Source: Candidatus Poribacteria bacterium (GTDB lineage Bacteria; Poribacteria; WGA-4E; PCPOR2b). From it: 64,000 bases of DNA. Below are positions 9,116-18,701 of the stretch, one piece after another. The stretch is taken from assembly GCA_965208675.1 (NCBI GenBank), contig OZ242351.1, positions 3,552,001 through 3,616,000 on the forward strand. Reading direction: 5' to 3'. The notes under the pieces are model-generated. The model made no database searches. It saw only the letters and a list, made by a program, of their open reading frames with translations, and was not told the DNA's origin. Each line of letters begins with the position of its first letter. Position 1 is the first letter of the stretch. The translations under genes were made by a program, and so were the position numbers.

Positions 9116-12100
9116 GTGAGAAGCAAAAAGGAAATCCCGGTCGAAGAAAAATCATATTCAGCTCTGTTTTTTATCCTTTCCGCTCTATTGGGGTTTGTGA
9201 CGCTGTGGGGATTCTGGAATGAAGCCATCACGAGACGGCCGTGGAAAGCGATTCAGCAACGGTTTTACCAATATGAATACGAGAAAACGAAAATTGCACT
9301 CGAAGGAGCTAAACAGGAGCTGCCAGAAATAGAAACGCCGGAACCTCTTGACGCTAAGCGCCTGAGCAAACTTGAACAAAACATCAACGATGCAACAATA
9401 AAACGTGATGAAGCCTTACAAGAACGTAAGTTTCTTCAGAGCGAGGCGGACGCGATAAACTACAAATATCAATTTGCTTTGCACCATTCAAAAGCAATTC
9501 ATGAGAAAGGCGACAAGAGCGATCCGGAGGTTGACAAATGGAAGAGTCGGCTAGACGACTATGACAGGCAAATCGAGGGCAAACTGACACAAGATGTCGT
9601 CGCAGCGGAACGTACGCTGGCTGACGCCTATCGCGAGTCGGCTTCATTTTATGAAACCGGCGGACACATTGAGGCTGCGTTGAGCCAGTTCTTGGTCGTC
9701 CAAAAATATGACCCCACATCCGAAGCCTTGCCGGCGAAAATAAAAAATCTCCGTTTACAGGTCGAGTCTCTTCGAGCAGACAGAGTTGCAAAGGCGGAAG
9801 TTGACAAACTCGAAGAGAAGCTTTCCTCATTGTCCCCCTTAAAGCGGAGTTTCTTGGGAAGTCTGTTGGAAAGTCCATTTAATAAGACACGATCACTGGT
9901 GCAATACTATCTTGAGGACTTTGAGTATACGGCTGACCGGTGTGCCACATGCCATTTTTCAGTGGACCGAAGCGGTTACGACCGTTTCGCCGTGGAATCA
10001 TTCGAGGTTGAAGGCGGCGAGGACGGGCAGAAGCCTTCTAAACAATTGATGCATCCGCTTGTAAAGGTAGGCAGCGAGAGCGTCTTGATTGATGATGAGG
10101 AGGCGGAAAGCGATCAGTACGTCCTGAACGAAAACGGTTTGCTTACTTTTGTAGACCCCGATATTGCCGATTTTGGCGCGGAAGTGGAAATCGAATACGA
10201 AACCGGTTACGACGCTGTACTGCGAACCCATCCTTACCGGGACGTGCTGCTCGGCAACCATCCTGTGGAGAGATTTGGCTGTACACCGTGCCACGGCGGG
10301 CAAGGGCAGGCCCTTACGGCGCAATCCGCTCACGCTTTGACGCACGCAGAGTTCTGGCTGGAACCCGTATTGGGATTGGATGAACATACGAGCGAGCTGT
10401 CAGGACAATTGTCGCGGGAAAGAAAGAAAGGCAAACGCGCCGACCAACACAAAATCGCGGATCTTGAGAATGAGTTGGAAGAGAAGCGATCTGAGCTTCG
10501 CGGCTATCTGTACACCAACTGCCGCCGCTGCCACAGTGAAGTAATGATGTTGGACTATCCTTCGCCTCCACCTGAAACGGCGGACGCGCGAGATTATGCG
10601 CCCGATCTCTCAAATGGGATGGCGCTGTTCGAAGATTTGGGTTGCCAAGGTTGCCACGCTGTCGACGGCTATCCTGCGCTCGAAAAATTGGCGAATGTTG
10701 GCCCTTCGCTCGCCAAAATTGGCAGTAAGGTGAACGGCACAGAATGGCTCGTAGGCTGGCTTAAAGACCCGCCATCGTATCTGCCTGACACCAAGATGCC
10801 TGTATTCTTCCCGACCGAAGACATGTCGAAATTGGTTTATCTGAAAAATGGGATGAAGCGCGAAGGCACGGTCAGAAGTGAAGCGGGGGCGATTATTGTA
10901 CGCACGGATGATGGGACAGAATACCCCTACCGAGAGGACGAAGTTGACCGCATTGTCGATATCGTTAAGTCTATCGCAGCCTACCTAGAGCAGCAGACGG
11001 ACGCCGCCATTGATGGAATTGAACCGAACTATTCGACATCGCCGAAGGCAATTGCGGCGGGCGAGGAGACCGTCAAATCGGTCGGATGTATTGCTTGCCA
11101 CGCCGTTGACGGATTAGGCAGCGACTTTGCGCCCAACCTTGATGATGTCGGCAATAAGCTCACCCCCAATTTCCTCCGCCAATGGGTTGACAATCCGAAG
11201 TCCTATGACCCTGATACCGTCATGCCGGACATGCGCCTTAGCGATACGGAGGTGGATAACGTCGTCGCCTATTTGATGAGCCTGAAATCGCCGGAATCTC
11301 CTGCTGTGAAAGTGACTGCGGATTCTTATGGAAATCTTGTCGAGGAGATTGACACCGAAGAAGGCGAGACGTTAGTGCGGCTTTACGGGTGCTTTGGTTG
11401 CCATACTATCCCGGGATTCGAAGACGAACCGAAGGTTGGTGCAGAACTTAGTGCATTCGGATCCAAGACCGTTGACGAATTCGATTTTGGCGATAGCGTA
11501 GGTGTTGAACATAGTTGGCACGGCTGGACGATCGGCAAACTCACCGATCCCAGGCGGTATCAAACACGCCGCATTATCCAACGTATGCCGGTGTTTCCGA
11601 TTGGCCAAGAAGACGCATATGCACTTGCGGTTTTGCTTAAGAGTTTCCAAGCTAAAAAGTTCCCTTTGAGCTATATCCACCAGCCAAGTGACACGCTTCG
11701 ATCGGTCGATGCCGGGCGCCGATTGGTTAAAAAATACAATTGCCAAGGGTGCCACGAGATTGAAGCGAAGGGCGGGGAATATGTCGAGTTCATCGACAGT
11801 CAACGCGATGACCTAGATTTGAATCAAGCGAAACAGTTTGCACCGCCGACGCTGCGTGCAGAAGGGGCAAAGGTTCATCCGGATTGGCTGTTTAGTTTCT
11901 TGAAGGGGCCGACGCTAATTCGCTACGGCCTTGATGTCCGCATGCCGACGTTTGGATTCTCGGACGAAGAAACCACTGCGCTTGTTCAGTATTTCTCGGC
12001 ACTTTCGGAAGAGCCGTTCCCCTATGAGACCATTGCATTGCCGCCAACGGCGCAAGCAGAGCTCAGAGTCGGCAAACAGATTTTTGACGCCCTGCAGTGT

Positions 12101-12370
12101 ATATCCTGCCACCCGGAGCAAGGTGAAGTTATCCCGGCAGGAAGCGATAAGACCGGCCGCCCCGACCTCTCTCTGGCTAAAGGCCGTCTCAAGGAGGATT
12201 GGCTGATTGACTGGATGAAAGATCCGGCATCATTCCAACCCGGAACCGCGATGCCTCAAGCTTGGCCGAAAATCGGCGGCGTGTATCAACCTGTCGACGG
12301 TTTCGCCATCCAAGACGCCGAGGAACAGATTCGGTTGGTCAGGGATTATCTCCTCTCGCTGAGCAAGTGA
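9116..12370 (+). CDS. Membrane-anchored octaheme cytochrome c
   Basis: 8 CxxCH motifs (CATCH, CTPCH, CRRCH, CQGCH, CIACH, CFGCH, CQGCH, CISCH); N-terminal TM and coiled coil; repeated distal MP motifs; GGAGG RBS. Confidence 0.9.
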   Translation: MRSKKEIPVEEKSYSALFFILSALLGFVTLWGFWNEAITRRPWKAIQQRFYQYEYEKTKIALEGAKQELPEIETPEPLDAKRLSKLEQNINDATIKRDEALQERKFLQSEADAINYKYQFALHHSKAIHEKGDKSDPEVDKWKSRLDDYDRQIEGKLTQDVVAAERTLADAYRESASFYETGGHIEAALSQFLVVQKYDPTSEALPAKIKNLRLQVESLRADRVAKAEVDKLEEKLSSLSPLKRSFLGSLLESPFNKTRSLVQYYLEDFEYTADRCATCHFSVDRSGYDRFAVESFEVEGGEDGQKPSKQLMHPLVKVGSESVLIDDEEAESDQYVLNENGLLTFVDPDIADFGAEVEIEYETGYDAVLRTHPYRDVLLGNHPVERFGCTPCHGGQGQALTAQSAHALTHAEFWLEPVLGLDEHTSELSGQLSRERKKGKRADQHKIADLENELEEKRSELRGYLYTNCRRCHSEVMMLDYPSPPPETADARDYAPDLSNGMALFEDLGCQGCHAVDGYPALEKLANVGPSLAKIGSKVNGTEWLVGWLKDPPSYLPDTKMPVFFPTEDMSKLVYLKNGMKREGTVRSEAGAIIVRTDDGTEYPYREDEVDRIVDIVKSIAAYLEQQTDAAIDGIEPNYSTSPKAIAAGEETVKSVGCIACHAVDGLGSDFAPNLDDVGNKLTPNFLRQWVDNPKSYDPDTVMPDMRLSDTEVDNVVAYLMSLKSPESPAVKVTADSYGNLVEEIDTEEGETLVRLYGCFGCHTIPGFEDEPKVGAELSAFGSKTVDEFDFGDSVGVEHSWHGWTIGKLTDPRRYQTRRIIQRMPVFPIGQEDAYALAVLLKSFQAKKFPLSYIHQPSDTLRSVDAGRRLVKKYNCQGCHEIEAKGGEYVEFIDSQRDDLDLNQAKQFAPPTLRAEGAKVHPDWLFSFLKGPTLIRYGLDVRMPTFGFSDEETTALVQYFSALSEEPFPYETIALPPTAQAELRVGKQIFDALQCISCHPEQGEVIPAGSDKTGRPDLSLAKGRLKEDWLIDWMKDPASFQPGTAMPQAWPKIGGVYQPVDGFAIQDAEEQIRLVRDYLLSLSK

Positions 12371-12383
12371 CACTGAGGCAATT

Positions 12384-12755
12384 ATGCGACACCTACTCAT
12401 CGTCGTTGGGATATTCGCTGCCAGCATGAGTGGTTTGATTTGGTTGTGCCGCACAGTGGATCCAAGTACGCGATACAGCTCCAAAGTCGAGTTCAATTAC
12501 GCGAGATATTGTGCGGGCTGCCATGGCGCCAACGGTGAAGGCAACGGACGGATTGGGCGGTTCAAAAAGTTAGAACCTGCAAATTTGACGACAGCCGATT
12601 TTTGGGACGGCAGCAGCGACGAAAAACTTATTCACAGTATTGACGCCGGCAAGGATGACATGCCGGCGTTTTTCTACTATCTGACACATGGTGAACAGCG
12701 GGAACTTCTCGATTTCATCAAAGAGAATTTTCGACCAACGCCGGCACACGATTGA
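12384..12755 (+). CDS. Monoheme class I cytochrome c
   Basis: Signal/anchor, CAGCH, MPAF. Confidence 0.85.
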   Translation: MRHLLIVVGIFAASMSGLIWLCRTVDPSTRYSSKVEFNYARYCAGCHGANGEGNGRIGRFKKLEPANLTTADFWDGSSDEKLIHSIDAGKDDMPAFFYYLTHGEQRELLDFIKENFRPTPAHD

Positions 12756-12788
12756 ATCAATAGCACACATTGGCACAGAGGCGGCATA

Positions 12789-12992
12789 ATGAGACAAGTG
12801 GTTGTTTATCCGGGTGAAGATAGCTACTGGGTTGCTGAATGCCCTAGCTTGCTAGGTTGCATAAGCCAAGGGAAAACGAAGCACGAAGCTATCGCGAATA
12901 TCAAAGAGGCAATTGAAGGATACATTTCGGCTCTTGAGGATGATGGGCTGCCGGTGCCGGGCAAAAAGAATTTGGAGCGAACGAGATTCTAA
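12789..12992 (+). CDS. hicB: HicB-family antitoxin (no adjacent HicA)
   Basis: YWVAECPSLLGCISQGKTKHEAIANIKEAI RNase-H-fold signature. Confidence 0.85.
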   Translation: MRQVVVYPGEDSYWVAECPSLLGCISQGKTKHEAIANIKEAIEGYISALEDDGLPVPGKKNLERTRF

Positions 12993-13028
12993 ACTAATAT
13001 TGCGGTCAGCCTAAGGCGCACTCATCCA

Positions 13029-13092
13029 GTCACGGATATCCGTGAGTTCTTCCTATTCAACCTTGATTCTTAGTGCCGTATACTGCTATCAT
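13029..13092 (+). promoter_or_regulatory. Second copy of the palindromic operator candidate and sigma70-like promoter
   Basis: TCACGGATATCCGTGA (13030-13045); TTGATT-18 bp-TATCAT with extended TG (13063-13092). Confidence 0.5.
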
Positions 13093-13148
13093 TGATGATT
13101 AAGACGTTCCATAATCGCATTTTAATAAAGAAAGGATTGGCCAAAACC

Positions 13149-13910
13149 ATGAAAACCGCAACGACCCTGACCGTATTCAGCTTTATTCTCATCGCAAGCC
13201 TCACTTATGCCGCCAACATCACTGGAACAGTTATGTACGACGGAGAAGCGCCGGCGCGTGCAGCGATGAAGGCCACCAAGGACCAACACTGCATTGATAA
13301 GCTCGCAAACGGTAAGTCCGAAGCGCTTGTAGTCTCTAAAGGTAAAGGAATTAAGAACGTTGTTGTCTATTTGCGTGCGCGAGGCGCGACACCCACACTG
13401 CCTGCCAAAAATCCGGTAATGGATCAGGTCGACTGTAAGTATTATCCGCACGTCCTCGTTGTAACTGAAGGCACCACAGTGGATGTAACCTCCAGCGACC
13501 CGGTTGCGCATAACGTCCATTCTCATGCCAAGAAGAATGAGGCGGTGAATTGGCAGATACCTGTTCCCGGGAAGGTGTTGCCCCTGAAATTAGAAAAGCG
13601 CGAGGCGATTAAATTTACCTGCGATATTCACAATTGGATGACGGGATATATATTTGTGGTGGACAATGACTACTATACCGTTACGGGGTATAAGGACAGC
13701 AAGGAAAACTGGATTACGTCTGACAGTTATGAGGCTTCGAGCGATAAGGGAGCATACACCATTAAAGATGTTCCCGCGGGGAAATACCGCATCCAGGCGT
13801 GGCACGAGGAGCTTGGAACGACTAAAGCAAAGACGATAGAAGTTTCTGAAAGTGAAGACCTTCAAGTCAACTTTACGAACGCTGATTTCAGGAAGAAAGC
13901 CGCGAAATAA
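13149..13910 (+). CDS. Secreted cupredoxin-like / carboxypeptidase-regulatory-like domain protein
   Basis: Signal peptide; DQVDCKYYPHV, HNVH, CDIHNWM (type-1 Cu-like ligand set), AWHE. Confidence 0.8.
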   Translation: MKTATTLTVFSFILIASLTYAANITGTVMYDGEAPARAAMKATKDQHCIDKLANGKSEALVVSKGKGIKNVVVYLRARGATPTLPAKNPVMDQVDCKYYPHVLVVTEGTTVDVTSSDPVAHNVHSHAKKNEAVNWQIPVPGKVLPLKLEKREAIKFTCDIHNWMTGYIFVVDNDYYTVTGYKDSKENWITSDSYEASSDKGAYTIKDVPAGKYRIQAWHEELGTTKAKTIEVSESEDLQVNFTNADFRKKAAK

Positions 13911-13985
13911 ACCACTGCATTGACGATTGACGAGACGCTATAAACATTGCACGTTTCGCCCGTCATGATTGCGAGACGCAAGATT

Positions 13986-15797
13986 ATGCGTTCCATACGG
14001 AATAGTTCCAAAAACAGGTTAGCTCTATTGTTCGGGCTGCTTGCCATCTATCTATTCTTGGCGATCGTACCTGTTGCATTCACCCAAGATGCGACCGACA
14101 CAGAATACCGCGCCTTCCCGAAGATTGGCAGCCGCAACGCCGCGTGGATAGCCGCCCAGTTGCATCTGTTGTTCGGGTCCTTTATCTTGGGTGTACCGAT
14201 GTTCGCGGTTGTCATTGAATATGTCGGGATGCGGACGAAGGACAAACGATACGACAAAATGGCGCAGGAGTTCATCAAGCTCTGCATGGGTGCGTTCTCG
14301 ACGACCGCGCTGATGGGCGGTGTGTTGGTTTTCGTTCTCATTTGGTGCTACCCCAAAGTGATGAACAAAATGACGGGAATCTTCGGACCGACGATGATTT
14401 TCTACGTCTTCTTGTTCTTCGGAGAGACTTTTACGCTCTATCTCTACTCCTACGGATGGGATCGGATGCAGGGCAAGGTATCAAAGATGTGGCACCTATT
14501 CCTCGGTGTGCTCTTGAACGTGTTCGGTACGGCAATTATGTTTGTTTCTAACGCGTGGCTGACGTACCAGACAAGTCCAGCAACAATGGATTCCGGCCAT
14601 AAGCCAATTCCGCTTCATAACGAAGAAACGGGCGAATTTATCGGTACGCTGTGGCAGGCGGTGAACAACTTCACGTGGATGCCCGTGAACATCCACCGCC
14701 TCATTGGGAATGTGGCTTTCGGCGGAGCAATCGTCGGCGCCTACGCCGCCTTTCGATTTTTGGTCGCCAAATCGAAAGAGGATAAGGCGCACTACGACTG
14801 GATGGGATATACGGGCAATTTCATCGCGTTATGCGGCTTAATTCCGCTGCCGTTCGCCGGATATTGGTTGGGACGCGACATCTACAAGTTCAATCAGACA
14901 ATGGGCATCAACATGATGGGGAGCCTCTTTTCGTGGTTGTTCATCATTCAGGCGGTGATGATTGGGGTGTTGTTCATCGGCGCGAACTACTATCTCTGGT
15001 CCGGCATGACCCGCATTAAAGGCGGTGAAGTTTACGCGCGTTTACGCCCCTATATGGTGGCAATCATTGTTGTCTGTGTCGCGGTGTGGATGACGCCGCG
15101 CACATTGATTGCTACTGCCGGTGAGAAAGCCGCAATGGGCGGTCCGAACCATCCACTAATCGGATATTTCGGTTTGATGACGGCGAAAAATACGGTCGTC
15201 AATCTCATCATTTTGACGACTTTTCTGAGTTTTCTGTTTTACCGCCGATCGGGGAAAACGCCGGCGGTCGGTTGGAGGAAAGCAGGAAATATCATCATCT
15301 CGGGAATTTTTGGACTTGCTGTCGCCGCGATTGTCACGATTGGTCTTATAGGTTTCAAAGTTGAGACCGATTTTCGCGTCGAAGTTCTAACGCCGGTTCA
15401 AGTGTTGATTGCGTTAGCTGTTTTGATTTTGGTTACGGCGATTGATTTAATCATGTACCGAAAAGCGATGCGTTCTAGCGACATCAACTGGGGGCAGATG
15501 TCCGACCGGTCGCAGTACGTGCTAATTCTTCTCGCAATCACCTTTACCTCCTTGATGGGATTGATGGGGTATGCGCGGTCTGGCCTCCGCGAGAATTGGC
15601 ACATTTTTGGTGTGATGCCCGACACCTCTCCGGATGCGTTTACACCTCTTCTTGCTGATGCCGTCAATGTCATCGCCGTTATCATAGTGATATTCTTCGC
15701 CTTGGTCGGCTTTATCTTCTGGATCGGTTTATGGGGCGACAAGAAGAAAGCAAAACTTGCAAATCTTGAAGCAGAAAATGCCGTGGGAGACGACTAA
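13986..15797 (+). CDS. Cytochrome bd-like oxidase subunit I (non-canonical CydA homolog)
   Basis: QLHLLFG and NIHRLIGN His motifs, GETF, MGYARSGLRENWHI; many TM helices; no evident Q-loop and no cydB. Confidence 0.85.
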   Translation: MRSIRNSSKNRLALLFGLLAIYLFLAIVPVAFTQDATDTEYRAFPKIGSRNAAWIAAQLHLLFGSFILGVPMFAVVIEYVGMRTKDKRYDKMAQEFIKLCMGAFSTTALMGGVLVFVLIWCYPKVMNKMTGIFGPTMIFYVFLFFGETFTLYLYSYGWDRMQGKVSKMWHLFLGVLLNVFGTAIMFVSNAWLTYQTSPATMDSGHKPIPLHNEETGEFIGTLWQAVNNFTWMPVNIHRLIGNVAFGGAIVGAYAAFRFLVAKSKEDKAHYDWMGYTGNFIALCGLIPLPFAGYWLGRDIYKFNQTMGINMMGSLFSWLFIIQAVMIGVLFIGANYYLWSGMTRIKGGEVYARLRPYMVAIIVVCVAVWMTPRTLIATAGEKAAMGGPNHPLIGYFGLMTAKNTVVNLIILTTFLSFLFYRRSGKTPAVGWRKAGNIIISGIFGLAVAAIVTIGLIGFKVETDFRVEVLTPVQVLIALAVLILVTAIDLIMYRKAMRSSDINWGQMSDRSQYVLILLAITFTSLMGLMGYARSGLRENWHIFGVMPDTSPDAFTPLLADAVNVIAVIIVIFFALVGFIFWIGLWGDKKKAKLANLEAENAVGDD

Positions 15798-15821
15798 GAA
15801 CCGCGCAGTTGGGATGAAACG

Positions 15822-17342
15822 ATGCAAAAACCGCATATTAGAATTGCCACCTTAATTTTAATGATTGTGAGTTTTATCGCCTACGTCGCGAAATTTCCTG
15901 CTTTTCCGATCGCGTCGGAAAACCTGCTGCCGTGGTCAGTGTGGTTTTTTATTCTTGCCTTGTCAAATGTTATACTTTGGCAGAGCGTGATAAAACTGCT
16001 GTCATTCTCATTGATGGTCATCTGGTTCTATGCGTTTGCTGCCAGTGTTGTTCCAGATACATCGACTGCCACGGTGGATTTGTCAAGCATTGAGCGAACA
16101 CCGGAGGCATTTGTTGAGGCAGGGGAGATAATTTTTAACGGAAAAGGAAAGTGCAACACCTGCCACACGCTCGATCCGTCCGCGCCAAAAGGCCGCTGTC
16201 CCGATTTATCGGTTATCGGCTCCCAAGCCGGGACGCGCAAACCCGGCGTTTCGGCAAAGGATTATCTAATCGAATCTACGTATGAACCGCATAAATTCCT
16301 CGTCACCGGCTACGGGAACATTATGCCGCCGGTCTGGAAACCGCCAATCAGTTTATCCGAGTTGGAGATTGAAACGGTAATTGCCTTTCTCCAAAATCAG
16401 GGCGGCGAAGTGGACTTGACGCCCTTTGATCCGCCTGTTGATATAGCAAGCGCGGAGGATTTGGTTGAGGAATTGCCGCCCCTCCTCAGCGGCGACGTTG
16501 AGCGCGGCAAACGGGTTTTTGTAGACGGTGCGAAATGTATCGCGTGCCACGCTGTTGCCGGAGTAGAGCAACCTGCCGGTCAAACGCTTGATGACGGCGT
16601 TGAAGTGGTCGCCGCCCCCGATTTGTCAGAGATTGCCGCATTAAACAGTCTCCGGTACATTGAAGAGTCCATCCTGTTACCAAATGCGCTAATTGTGAGC
16701 GGATACGGTTCCGTCACGGTGAAAACCGGTGGCGCATCAATTCAGGGGACGCTCGTATCCCAAGACAACGAGAATATTACCCTGCGGGTGAAAGATGCGG
16801 CAGGCGTTGAAACCGAACAGCAAATACGCTTGAGCGAACTCGATCCGGAACCGATTGAAGCGCTTGCCGATTTGAATGCAAACGGATACTTTTGGATCCA
16901 AGCGGCGCTCGCCGATACCGGAGAAACTATAAGCGGTGACCTTCTAGAAGAGGATGAGGAAAACATTACGCTGCAGGATGGTGGAGAAACGCTGACAGTT
17001 TCTAAATCGAACGTGAAGGTTCAGGCGACCATCATTGATTTTGATGAGAACGTCATCGTCGGGGAGTTGGTGGCGGAAAATGAAGACGAAATTACGTTAA
17101 ATGTTGACGGTGAAGAACAGACGATTGACAAGTTTGATATCGACGAGGGACCAACCTACAGCCGCGCCTTTGGGAAACGACTTTATGTGACCTCCCCGAT
17201 GCCGAACAACTTTCCGCTGTTGCTGTCGGTTGGGGACATGAGCGATCTGCTTGCATACTTATCAACCCTAACGGGCACAGTGGACGCGGCAGTGGCTGAA
17301 GGTGAATCCCAAGACGAAGGCGTGGAAGGAACCGCCGAATAA
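15822..17342 (+). CDS. Membrane-bound diheme cytochrome c
   Basis: N-terminal TM helices; CNTCH and CIACH; distal MP motifs; acidic repeated insert in the second domain. Confidence 0.87.
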   Translation: MQKPHIRIATLILMIVSFIAYVAKFPAFPIASENLLPWSVWFFILALSNVILWQSVIKLLSFSLMVIWFYAFAASVVPDTSTATVDLSSIERTPEAFVEAGEIIFNGKGKCNTCHTLDPSAPKGRCPDLSVIGSQAGTRKPGVSAKDYLIESTYEPHKFLVTGYGNIMPPVWKPPISLSELEIETVIAFLQNQGGEVDLTPFDPPVDIASAEDLVEELPPLLSGDVERGKRVFVDGAKCIACHAVAGVEQPAGQTLDDGVEVVAAPDLSEIAALNSLRYIEESILLPNALIVSGYGSVTVKTGGASIQGTLVSQDNENITLRVKDAAGVETEQQIRLSELDPEPIEALADLNANGYFWIQAALADTGETISGDLLEEDEENITLQDGGETLTVSKSNVKVQATIIDFDENVIVGELVAENEDEITLNVDGEEQTIDKFDIDEGPTYSRAFGKRLYVTSPMPNNFPLLLSVGDMSDLLAYLSTLTGTVDAAVAEGESQDEGVEGTAE

Positions 17343-17358
17343 GGAGCGTTGAGCCGAT

Positions 17359-18138
17359 ATGCCAAAATTATCGCTTTTCAGCAAATGCGTTATCCTATTT
17401 GCCGTGATTTGGCTATTCTTAGAGTTTTTCATCGGCGGCGTATGGTCCGTACCGCTGCCCGCCAGTATAATCGGTATGTATCTCGGTCTCATTCTATTGG
17501 CGATTCTGGTTCACGTATCCGTTGAAGATGACAGGTTTCGGGAATTTCTGCGCCCCATCAAAGAGACTTTGGCTGATGAAAAAAGAAGGACAAGATGTAC
17601 TGTATTGTTCGTCCTTATCCCGATGGTTATGCTCGTTTTCACCTTTTCAAAGGTATCGACGAAAGCAGAAGCGCCAGCATCGTTACGTACTGCCCATCCA
17701 GCCCCGCCTGATGAACTGACCTACGGTGACAAGGTAATCGGTCCCGTACAAGAGGTGGAGAACCCTTTCCGGCACCTTGAAAAAGACGACAAAGATGCGT
17801 TCCGGGCGCATGCAGAGAATGGACGCCGAGTCTACTATCAAAACTGCTTTTATTGCCACGGCGACGATCTTGACGGTGAAGGGCATTTCGCCCACGGATT
17901 GAACCCGCTGCCTGCCAACTTTCAAGACCCTGGCATCATCCCAAATTTCCAAGAATCATTCTTTTTCTGGCGTATCAGTAAAGGAGGGCCAGGTTTGCCG
18001 CCAGCCGCTACGCCGTGGGACTCCGCCATGCCGGTCTGGGAGGATTACTTGACTGAAGAGGAGATATGGGACGTCATTATCTTTTTGTCGGAATACACCG
18101 GCTATAAGCCGAGGACGTTTGGCGAGGCTGCCCACTAA
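17359..18138 (+). CDS. Membrane-bound monoheme cytochrome c
   Basis: 3 TM helices, CFYCH, SAMPVW; AAGGAG RBS. Confidence 0.87.
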   Translation: MPKLSLFSKCVILFAVIWLFLEFFIGGVWSVPLPASIIGMYLGLILLAILVHVSVEDDRFREFLRPIKETLADEKRRTRCTVLFVLIPMVMLVFTFSKVSTKAEAPASLRTAHPAPPDELTYGDKVIGPVQEVENPFRHLEKDDKDAFRAHAENGRRVYYQNCFYCHGDDLDGEGHFAHGLNPLPANFQDPGIIPNFQESFFFWRISKGGPGLPPAATPWDSAMPVWEDYLTEEEIWDVIIFLSEYTGYKPRTFGEAAH

Positions 18139-18168
18139 ACGCTGGTGAAGGGCCAATAAGGTGCTAAA

Positions 18169-18450
18169 ATGCAATTAGTTACGTGCTTGGTAAAAAGAGA
18201 AAGCAATCAATATGTTTCTCTGTGTGTTGAATTAGATGTAGCTTCGTGCGGCAAAACGAAAAGGGAAGCCATTGAAGGGTTAAAAAACGCAATTGAGGCG
18301 TATATCGAGTATATGTCCTCCGAAATGCGTGACAAAGAGATTTACAGGCCAGTTCCTATGCATGAGCTGCGAAATTTCCTTTTCGCAGGAGGTGTGGTGG
18401 AAGACGAACAAGCTGTAAAGGCAATTCCGTTAGAGTTTGAGTATGCCTAG
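18169..18450 (+). CDS. hicB: HicB-family antitoxin
   Basis: YVSLCVELDVASCGKTKREAIEGLKNAI signature. Confidence 0.8.
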   Translation: MQLVTCLVKRESNQYVSLCVELDVASCGKTKREAIEGLKNAIEAYIEYMSSEMRDKEIYRPVPMHELRNFLFAGGVVEDEQAVKAIPLEFEYA

Positions 18451-18682
18451 AAATCTGTCGAGTGACGATGTCACTTGGATATTGAGGCAAATCGGAATCA
18501 AGCTTAAAAGACGTGGCAAAGAGGATGTTTATTTTGGACAATCCGGTGGCCAAAATCGCGTTGTGATAATTCCTAGAAATAAAAGGAGTATTCCCGCTGG
18601 AACGTTGAGTTCAATTTGGCGGCAAGCAGGAATAACGAGTAAAATTGCTGATGAAATTTGGAACACGCGCAAAACTAAATAG
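18443..18682 (+). CDS. hicA: HicA-family toxin-like protein
   Basis: Basic 79-aa protein with VIIP and IPAGTLSSIWRQAGI; overlaps the hicB stop. Confidence 0.75.
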   Translation: MPRNLSSDDVTWILRQIGIKLKRRGKEDVYFGQSGGQNRVVIIPRNKRSIPAGTLSSIWRQAGITSKIADEIWNTRKTK

Positions 18683-18701
18683 AATCGTAATCCCGTAAAA
18701 A

